A stretch of 64,000 bases of DNA, taken from positions 9,736,001-9,800,000 of the forward strand of contig CM052832.1 of assembly GCA_028534125.1 (NCBI GenBank), in the 5' to 3' direction. Below the pieces are notes generated by a model. That model saw only the letters and a program-made list of their open reading frames with translations. It did not search any database and was not told the origin of the DNA. Each line of letters begins with the position of its first letter. Position 1 is the stretch's first letter. The stretch is from Lama glama (lineage: Eukaryota). A program made the position numbers and the translations under genes. Of the stretch, positions 53,173 to 64,000 are shown piece by piece.

Positions 53173-54295
53173 TAAATTATTGAGAAACTTGAGACTTGCC
53201 AATGTCTTGATTTCTTTCCCCTTTCATTCTTTGTGTGTTCTAATTTGGCTGTGCCCTACAAAAATAAACAAATGGTTATTTTAGTACCATTCCAGGCTGT
53301 GTGGGAAGGTAATTCTGACAGAACACCTTTGACCACTAAGAGTTGAACACCCAGAAGTTTTGAAATTATAAAGGTGTAAAAAAAAAAAAAGAAATACAGC
53401 ACATGATCTCCTCTGAAGGAAACTATAATCTAGTTAGGAAATGGATAAATACATCCACAGAAATGAGTTAAAGGGCACTTGGCAACTAGTCAACAATTAA
53501 AAAAATAATATAGTAGAAAGTAAATCCTCAAAATGCTCAAAGGAAAAGCATGATCTGACTTGATTGAAGGTAATCTAGGTTACTTTCCTTTGTATGATTT
53601 AAGGGTTTTTTATATGAGGACATGACCTCCGCCATTTGGAATGGGCAGTTTAAAAATGGGAAAGATCTCTAATTTGGTCCTGTGACATATCTGTGAGTAG
53701 GTCCAAGCCAAAAAAGGTATCTGGAAAATCAACTAAAGGGACCTCTCAGAGTGAGCTGGATTTAGAACTTCTCTGGGTGATCCCATAGTCATAGAACTGC
53801 ATTTGCTCACAGAAATGAAAGTGGACAAGAAATGGAGGTGAAGGAAGTTCACTTTATAAGAGGAAATACCTTTAGGTAATTTTAAGTATTGGTATTAGGA
53901 AAAAAAAAAAAAAAACAAGACTCTCAAGGTTCCAAAGAATAAAGTTTTCTTTAAAATAGTTGTATAGCCTCTTCCTTGGAGAAATTGCATATTAGTCTTC
54001 TCCGATGAACAATATTGAAGAAGCAATATGAGAAAGGAAAAAAAATTAAAAAGCTCAGTAGTTCAGTATGTTATCACTGCTTTAAAAAAAATCACATATA
54101 TCATCTGAAAAGTTTGCTTTTTCCTTTTGTCTCAGTAGTTTAGTTAAATACTGTAATACCAGTAGCCACTTCACCTCTAATCCGTCCTGAGTCAAATCTG
54201 TTTAATTCTGTACATATCTGTTCTTTTAGTAGAGAAGGTGAAAGTTTTCCCATCCTTTCTACAAGGTGTAAATGTTCTTTTCAAAAAGACACATT

Positions 54296-54664
54296 TTCTT
54301 AGTCCCTCAGGGTTGCTATAACAAAAATACCATAGACTGGATGGCTTATAAAAAACAAACATTAATTTCTCACAGTTCTGGAGGCTAGGGGGTCCAAGAC
54401 GATTTTACCATATTTCATATCTGTTAAGGAATGAACTTCCTAGTTCATAGCCATATGGCTGGCTCTTCACTGTGTCCTCACAAGGTGGAAGGGGTGAGGG
54501 AGCTCTTTTATAAGGGCACTAATCCCATTCATGAGGGATCATCCCCTGAGGGTCAAGCCATTCAAGACCTAAGCACCTCCCAAAGACCCCACTTCCTAAT
54601 ACCAACACCTTGGAGGTTAAGATATTAGCATTTGACTGGAGGCACAAACCTTCAGACCTTAGCA
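54296..54664. mobile_element. MLT1A/MST-like MaLR solo LTR
   Basis: ttgctataacaaaaataccatagactgg...ctcacagttctggaggct...tataagggcactaatcccattcatgaggg...cagaccttagca. Confidence 0.85.
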
Positions 54665-55373
54665 GACATATAAACCTGACATCCTTAGCCAGGTTCTTTG
54701 GACTCAAGAAAATAAAATACTTTGTACTGCGGAGGACATTCTCTTTCTTACCTTAACCATATCCTGTTATCTCTGCTTTGAAATACATTGAAACCAACCT
54801 GAGCTTGTCTTTTTACTTGAGGGTCTTCATCTCTCCTGCTGGTATGTGAAACACTATGCCTTCTTTCTTTTCCTCTCTCCTGTCCCTTTCTGCATGTAGC
54901 CAGGATCTTGTCAGAAGACAGAGAGGCTTTCACTTCCAGAACATCAACAGTTTAGAGATGGTTCAGAATATATAGATTTCTTTCCCCTCGTGGCCAGTTG
55001 GGTGCAATGTAAAATAGGGTAATAAGGTTTCTTAAGGAACACAAATCAGCCTTACATAAAAATTAGCTGATATTCAATAATTAAAACAGGCTTGGAAAAT
55101 GTAAAATTTCACATTGGTGTTAAGGCCTCTCATTTAGTGTTTTATGAGTCTTACTTTTTAAGGAATTTAACTGTGCTTCTGTAATTCCCAGTCTGTGCCC
55201 AAAATTTTTTTAAACTTCCTTCCAAAAGAGCTAATTTTGAATTAAAAACTAATAAATACTGACTGGTAAATGCCGGATGCAAGCCTTTCTAGGAAACTAT
55301 TTTGCTGAAAGGTTTCTCTCTTTCTTTTGGGGGGCCCTGTCTTGCCAGGTTGAAAGAGTGGAGACTTCTATAA

Positions 55374-56777
<1,404 letters not shown>

Positions 56778-58066
56778 TAGGGTTCTCGTGAGAGCCTCCT
56801 CCAGGTTGTTATCCTGACTCAGGTAGCCAGCATTTGCCGTAACTATGCATAGTTGAGGGCGGCCACTGTACCTTTCATGGTACTGTGCGATGGCCTTGGT
56901 GAGCTTGCCTCTTATCTCTTCCCAGGATTTTTTTTTTTTCAGGCAGATTTTTAACTTGCCATTATCTCTTCATTTTCAGTGAATGTCTTTAACCTGTAAT
57001 GGTGATCTGGGTAATATAATCTTCCCATTGTTATAATTAAATACCCACTGTTGGCATGCCATTCTTTGATCAGTTTTTAGAAATTGAGGAGTTTGCCTCT
57101 TACCTTGGTTACATAGTTGTTTGAAAGAGCATTCTTCCTTCCAAGGCATTCTTTACATACAAGGAAGGGAGGTGGCTAGGAGGATGCCAAAGGCCTAAGC
57201 AAGCCTTCCTCCTGTTCCCCATTACCTTTCATTTCCTGGATCTTTAGCCATGTAAGGACATGAGTGAAGACTCTGAGATAAGGCTTCGTGAGAATATGTA
57301 GAAAGAATTTTTAGAGTTAAAAAAGTGAGCAACTTAAGAGATCCAGGTAAAACCTCTACACAGTGCTACTGAGGTTCTGTATCTTGGTATTTAGGGTTTT
57401 CAAAGAATGATGATTAGAACACGAAGAGAAAGTGTATTTAGGGTTTTGTTTTTCAGCATGTGAAAGGAGTATTTATTGGTAGTTCCTCTATCTCCTTAGG
57501 GTCTGTAGAAAGAAGGTGCATCTGGGTAGGTTAGAAAGAAGGAGGAGGGCTAATCACAAGGTACTTTGAAGCTCTTAGGACACAGGGATCAGTGTAGGGA
57601 TGCTGCAGGAAACAAGGGCAAGAAGAGAGGCAAGTTGGACTGGATGGAAGGAGCAAAGTCTAGAGGAGAAAGGAGTGTGAGGATGAGAGAAGCAGACAGG
57701 AATTTGCAGATTGTCCACCTCAGACTGGTGCCTCAAACTACTGCACAGTAACTTCCATCTGTACTACTGCAGCACTGAATGGTAGAGCATGCTTTGGGAA
57801 AGGAGAAGTGAGAAAGGGGTCGGTAATAATCTTTGTGCTCTGTGGCTTTCCAGTTCCAGCTTGTGTCATAGTTAGAAATACATACCAGAAATAATACCCT
57901 CTAATTCTCTTAAAGTTAATGTTTATTATTTTAAGATTACACTTAAAAATTTTTTTGAAAACTATACACTTACTTTTGGTTGTTATGTGTCTTTCATAAA
58001 GCTAGCAAAAATGTATGCGGGAAGCATGGAAGTTATATAACCTATAAACCAATCTTTTCATTCTAG

Positions 58067-58271
58067 GTCACATGTGTATCATGCAATTACAAATCCAATA
58101 CCATCGAGCCCTTTTGGGATCTGTCCCTGGAATTCCCTGAACGCTATCACTGCATAGAAAAGGGGTTTGTCCCTTTGAATCAGACAGAGTGCTTGCTCAC
58201 TGAGATGTTGGCCAAGTTCACAGAGACAGAGGCTCTGGAAGGGAGAATCTACGCTTGTGACCAGTGTAACA
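58067..58271 (+). CDS. USP49: USP49 coding exon 2 ([23 protein letters not shown]...YACDQCN)
   Basis: ttctag acceptor; 205 nt; a|gtgagt donor; USP fingers CxxC motifs. Confidence 0.96.
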
Positions 58272-60904
58272 GTGAGTGTGGGGGGCGAGGGTGTGTGTGT
58301 GTGTGTCTAACTGGAGTATCAGTTTAAGCTGTTTCTTTTGTCCCTTTAGGCAAAAGTAACACTAATAATATTGAGCAGTTCTAGAGCATCTTCTAAAGAT
58401 TTTTTCCTCCCATGTTCCTGAAAACAAGTATATGGACATTATATTTAAAAAACAAAACAAAACCTAGGAGTTGGGCCTCCTTTGATGCTGTGACTGACAT
58501 AAGTTGTTATCTTGGAAGGCATATGAAAGTATGGATCCTGAAATGAGGACTCCAAGAATGTGAGTGAGTCCTTAGCTTTGTAGTGTAGAGGGGTCCTGCT
58601 TAAATTCATGAATACAGAGTCTGACAGTTTTTATTTAATCTAAATTTAGGTGGTAGAGCCTGTTTGAGAGCTATGGTATCAGAAAAGTGTGCTATTGTTC
58701 TGAATTTGTAGATTTAAAGTCTGTCAGAAGTGATGCTAAGGATGGGTACAGTGAGACCAAGAAAGCAAGTCATGTGGTACATTGCTCTGGCAGATTCATA
58801 GTTCTTGTCTACGTTTATTTGTTTCTTCACATGCCTGAAAGGTTCACATCTTGGAAGGGGTCATAAGGAAGAATTTCTCTATCATGGCTTTAATTGTAAA
58901 GTGGAATTTTTTCCATATGGTTCTATGGGCATCTTATGCAGCCTCCCCTAGCCCCCATCTTGCCACGCTAACACTTAATGCTTTTGCTAACCCAGCGTGT
59001 ACAGAGGAAATGCAGAGCAAATACTTGGAAGCTGATGGGTTTTGGCATATAGAGATTTGGAAGCTAAAATTCATGGATTATGCAGAGATCTGAATTCAGT
59101 TTGCAGCAGTATGATAATTTGGACTACAAGTTTTGGGAAAAGCAGTCTTGCAGCCTTTTTAGTATGTTTGCGTAAGATTTTTTATAGTAAATGATCAGAA
59201 ACCTGTTCTCTCTGAAGAATCAATACAAAAATCAAGCCACACCTGATATCATTTTGCCATTTTAAAACAAAAATTGAAATGCTGTACTTCGTTAACTATA
59301 GATTCACCTGTCCTGTTCCATACTGAGATATAAAGGCAGTGACTTAAAGTATTTTATTACAGCAGTATCTGTGTGATTCACACAAAGCTTCTCACTTTTA
59401 AGGAGCAGAAGGACCTTAACAGCTTTAACTCCATCGTTTTCAGACCTGATGGATTAGTCAAGAAATAGTTTTATTTACTTTTGCAAGAAAGGATTGTGTT
59501 TTTCTGGTTGCCAGATGTGCCAATTTATCAGTATTTCTCTAGGCAGGTTCAGAAAATAGCAGGGAAACAAAGCTTTGGTGAAGGGACATGATGCATTGAT
59601 CTGCTGCTTATGAACTTTCCAAACTATCAATCTTCCACCTTTCTGTGTGGCCAGCTTAATCAAATGGAGGCAGAACTGACCAATCTCAATTGAATCAGTA
59701 ATTTCTTTTTCTTTGTGAATTTCATTTTAGGGAAACAAAGCCAGAGTCTACGTTGTCTTCATCTTAGCTCACATACTCCCTCTGCTGAGAGTGAAAGTCA
59801 CTGCCAGGATTCCCAGGCATAGCTGCGATAATTTTCAAAAACCCTGTTGGTGAATAGGAATGCAAAATAAGGCCAGGGCCCTCTTTGAATTCTCTTTCTG
59901 CTCATGTTCTCACATAACACGACTGCCAGCCCTAGTAAAAGCTGCAGTCTAGCTGCTGCAATCTATTATGAGAAGCACCAGCTCCGCATCCTGTTGTCAC
60001 AGAAAGCTCCGTGATACCTCATCTGGCTGTGATTCACTACCTTTCACAGGTGGTACAGACAGACCTAGAATCAGATGCCAGGCTCTTCAGACACTGAGAC
60101 CATGGTATTAACAGCTCAAAGACAATTAGCAGGCACCAACGTGGACCATGAACTAATTTTATATTCCCATCCATTCACCGATTTAATTAATATGATAACA
60201 GAGCAGTCAGTAAATGGTTCTAGAGAAGGCTTCTGGAAATTAAGGGAACTTTATTTCCATTGTTTATTTGCTATAATTTAGAAATGCATTTCACCCACAA
60301 TTCAGTAGCTTTAGAAACAAAATTGGAGTCTCGAACACTGGTTCTGCTTTGGACTGGGTGAATTTGGCCAGCCTGTCAGCCTAGTCCTGCATGCCTGGCA
60401 GTGTGCTGTTACCAATAAACATGTTTCAGAAAATAGGTATGCCATAAAAATGTAAAGCCAACAAAGTTTCTTTTCTATATATTTGTATAGGCCACAAGCA
60501 AATCATGCAGTGGGGGAAAATCTATTTAAATACTCGATCCTTTAGTAATCCTGTGTCCTCTTACCTTTTTCCTAAGCCCGAAATGTATGCATTAGTCCCA
60601 GTTTCACAGGAAAGGAAACTGAGGTTCAGAGTTTTGAATAACCTGTTTAATAGCGTACAACTAGCTGTGAGGAGGAAATAGAGTTAAACAAAAAGCTTTT
60701 TAAGTGATATATATGGCATGTTGTGATTTAAATTATAAGCCCAGATGTAAAAGGCGTAGAACCCTAACGTATGCATCTACTCTGTGTGCATGTTGTTGCA
60801 GTGACTTTCTGTTCTAGTCTTTTAATAAAGCCAGGAGATCAGGTGTGTACCGTCCTAAACCCCTATCAATTTTGGAAGATGCTGATGCAAAAATTGTAAA
60901 GTGG

Positions 60905-61388
60905 ATGTATCAGGAGTAGGTTTGGTTGTTTGTAAGTCAACTTAAATAACCATGACTTAAAATGAGATGTAATTTTTTTCCCTCTTATATAAAAGAATTC
61001 TGAAGGACATTCTGAGTCTGGCTTGGTGGCTACATGGTCACTGGGGACCCAAGCTCTTTGCATCTTTCAGCTTTACTGTCCTAGTTCAAGGCTTCCATCC
61101 TTAAGGTTGCCTCATGGTCCAAGGGGAATTCCAGCAGTTGCAAACAGTGGAAAGGACAAAGGATGCATCTTACAACTGAGTCAGCCTTTAAGCAGCCATC
61201 CTAACACTACCAAACAATCATTCCTTTCATTCAGCTGGGGCTTCCAGAGCCACACCATGCAGGCACATGGGGCTGGGAAATGCAGTCTTAAAGAGGGTCA
61301 CATTGCTGCCCCAAGTAAAATTGAGGTTTAAATACTGAGAAATAAGGAGAATGCATATTGAATGCCAAGTCATTATCTCTGCCATAGC
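60905..61388. mobile_element. MLT1J-like MaLR LTR
   Basis: tgtatcagg...ggggctgggaaatgcagtctt...cattgctgcccc...tctctgccata. Confidence 0.65.
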
Positions 61389-61444
61389 TGGAAAAGAATG
61401 AGTCTCCTCACAATCTATGTCTTATACTTTCCCAAACCATATAG

Positions 61445-61553
61445 GCAAACGACGAAAATCCAATCCAAAACCCCTTGTTCTGAGTGAAGCTAGAAAGCAG
61501 TTAATGATCTACAGACTACCTCAGGTCCTCCGGCTGCACCTTAAAAGATTCAG
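61445..61553 (+). CDS. USP49: USP49 coding exon 3 ([10 protein letters not shown]...[12 protein letters not shown])
   Basis: atatag acceptor; 109 nt; cag|gtgagc donor; LHLKRF motif; phase consistent. Confidence 0.96.
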
Positions 61554-62106
61554 GTGAGCTTGCTCTGGGACATCCCAGGTGGCTGTGCCCTGTGGGAGTA
61601 GCTGTTTCAAAGGCTTTGGCGAGGGCAGACGTCTTCTTTGGTGTTGGGAAAAGAAGCCTGTTCCTAGAGACCTTATGCTTTCCATGGAGCATATGGTTTA
61701 CACCCAGGGAGGCGAGCTCATGTCAGGGGCCAGGACTGGGCTTCTGCTCTGGTGGCCCTGTTTAATCGGCTAGCCTGCACTGGGTATGTGCGCTTGAAGA
61801 TTTTCTAGTCTCGCGTGGGCTTACATAGAGTCATCTGAATAAAGTCTGAGATAACCTGTGAAAAGAAGGGCAGGAGGTAAATTGCAAAAAGAGTATTGCC
61901 TGAATTGCTTGTTTAGGGATTTCTAGTTTCAGAGAACATCATGGAACATTCACAGGAAATATACATGAACATTAATTACCACTGTCTTATTGATGTGAAA
62001 ACCAAATCCAGAAGGTTACATTTTCTCAGTTCCCCATTTTACCTACCTCAATCTATGATCACACATGCCATTTCTTACTAGTAAAAAGTTTATATCCATG
62101 TTCTAG

Positions 62107-62312
62107 GTGGTCTGGCCGTAATCACCGAGAGAAGATTGGGGTCCATGTCGTCTTTGACCAGGTATTAACCATGGAACCTTACTGCTGCAGGGACATGCTC
62201 TCCTCTCTTGACAAAGAGACCTTTGCCTATGATCTCTCCGCAGTGGTCATGCATCACGGGAAAGGGTTTGGCTCAGGACACTACACAGCCTATTGCTACA
62301 ACACAGAGGGAG
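62107..62312 (+). CDS. USP49: USP49 coding exon 4 with His box ([11 protein letters not shown], catalytic His609)
   Basis: ttctag acceptor; 206 nt; gag|gtgcgt donor. Confidence 0.96.
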
Positions 62313-63261
62313 GTGCGTGCGCTTTACTCTGTGGGGTGGGGGACACGGAAAAGGGTTGGCTTGTCCACATTTCATTCCTTTCCTTTTATTTCATCTATAG
62401 GAGGATATTACATTCATTAAAATCCAATGGAAAGAACTATGAAAGATGGATTCCAGTTTTGGATATATCACTAAGTAACAACATGAGATTGTTCTAACAG
62501 TTGACAGGAACTAACGTAAATTGCCGAGCGTGGTGCCTAGCGCATAATGGTCAATTAATGTTAGAGGTTGTTGTTATTAACACTTCTGCTGCAGAGCTCA
62601 GTTGCCTTCTGGGTTTTGCAGAAACAGTATGACCTATCTAACTTCATGGAGTAAAGCCAAGGACACTTACTGAGCACTGACTGTGTTCTTACGACCTCCC
62701 TTACCATGGGAGGTGTAGAGATACAAGGGCCCTTCCCAAGGAACTTGCAGTCCTTGTCCCTCAGAGCAGAGCCTCCCAGCTACTGCACTGAGGCAGGTGG
62801 GCTGCGGACATATTTTCAGTTTGTACCCATCTTGAACCCCTCAGACCTTGGCGCAGCCAGAGTAAGCCTGTGAACAAGTAACCCTTTATTCCTTCTAAGT
62901 TTCCTTTAGCTCTCCTCTCTATTTAATTTTCCCCTCTCCTCCTCCTCGTCCCATCTCTTAGCCCCCAGTCTTCCATCTTTGTAGAAGGACCTAATGGGCA
63001 GTGAAAAAGCCTGAATGAAATGAGGACAAAAATTTTAGTCACTTGATACTTTAAGCAGTATTGTGGTGGGGTCTGTGCGGTTAAAACCAATGGTTTCAGG
63101 GAAGTCTCCTGGTTTCATCTACTTTTCTCTTCCTTCACCACCACCGATCAAGGGTTGGCTCTGTTCAGAACTCCTCAGTTCCTTTCTTCATCTCCTTGTT
63201 TGCCTGCTGATTGGAAATGTAAGTTGGGTAGTCATTTTCTCTCTTTCATTTGGTTTCCTAG

Positions 63262-63452
63262 GTTTTTGGGTCCACTGCAATGACTCAAAGCTGAATGTAT
63301 GCAGTGTCGAGGAAGTGTGCAAAACTCAAGCCTACATCCTGTTTTACACTCAAAGAACAGTTCAGGGCAATGCAAGAATCTCAGAAACCCAACTCCAAGC
63401 TCAGGTGCAGTCCAGCAACAACGATGAGGGCAGACCACGGACCTTCCCCTGA
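63262..63452 (+). CDS. USP49: USP49 last coding exon (FWVHCNDS...AYILFY...PRTFP*); total protein 682 aa
   Basis: ttcctag acceptor; WxxxND and AYILFY motifs; TGA 63450-63452; CDS sums to 2049 nt. Confidence 0.96.
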
Positions 63453-64000
63453 TGGGAGGCACGTATCAAGGACTGGCTTGCTTTTAAACCACTGGTGTCT
63501 GTACGTCTTTCCTCTTACAGGAAATAAGGTTTGCTGCAGGAACAGATTACTAGATTTGCCTCACTGGCTCTAGAGCAGAAGGTGCCAGGTGACTATGTCC
63601 TATTGTAAAATTTGTAGTCACTTTCTTTTAAATGGGTTTAGAAATCCCCTCCTTTGATAAAACGAGTCAAAAGGAGTAACTTCTATGAAGATTCATCAGT
63701 TGTTTCTGAATATAGAGGGATCTGGGTGGAGGAAGGAGGGAGTAAATTGGTCATATCCAGCCGTGTTTTCTTTCTATTACGTGATTCCCCTGCTAATCAG
63801 GACTCCTTGCAGCACCAGAAGAACCCTCCTGATGTGAGCAGCCCTCGACAGAGCACATGAGGAGGGGCCCTGGGCTGGCAGCTTGCTGGATAGGATTGAT
63901 TCCAAGGCTAGAGGTGAAGTCTAAGGATTTGTTCCTACAAAGGAAGTAGCCCTCAAGGGTGAAAACTCGCAGACTTCCTTTTTTAGGGGATAGCAGCTGA

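Noticed and set aside
14600..55300. Numerous 60-146-aa intronic ORFs; search for snoRNAs, retrocopies or CRISPR-like arrays
   Set aside because: The ORFs have random or repeat-derived composition. I could not recognise any snoRNA, processed pseudogene or spaced-repeat array by eye; a covariance-model scan would be needed to exclude ncRNAs.

Overview
This is mammalian genomic DNA, probably camelid: it carries tRNA-derived Vic-1-like SINEs, and I saw no Alu, B1 or Bov-tA elements. The window holds two + strand genes. MED20 is complete (4 coding exons, 212 aa) and starts from a CpG-rich promoter that is probably shared head-to-head with BYSL just left of the window. USP49 has a CpG-island promoter at ~12.8-13.4 kb, three predicted non-coding 5' exons spread over 42 kb, and five coding exons giving a 682-aa ZnF-UBP/USP deubiquitinase; its 3' UTR runs off the window. 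Introns contain ordinary ancient repeats, identified by eye with approximate boundaries. The most interesting signals are in the USP49 leader: (i) a 74-nt uORF-dense exon that begins with a consensus donor (ag|GTAAGA), a candidate recursive-splicing exon that could act as a translation switch; (ii) an 82-89-codon stop-free frame through leader exons 1-2 that is in frame with USP49 and phase-compatible with MED20 exon 2. Other findings are a candidate MED20 poison exon, apparent loss of the stop codon of the short USP49 isoform, and a diverged ~160-bp local duplication inserted into an L1. Comparisons with human are from memory and unverified.
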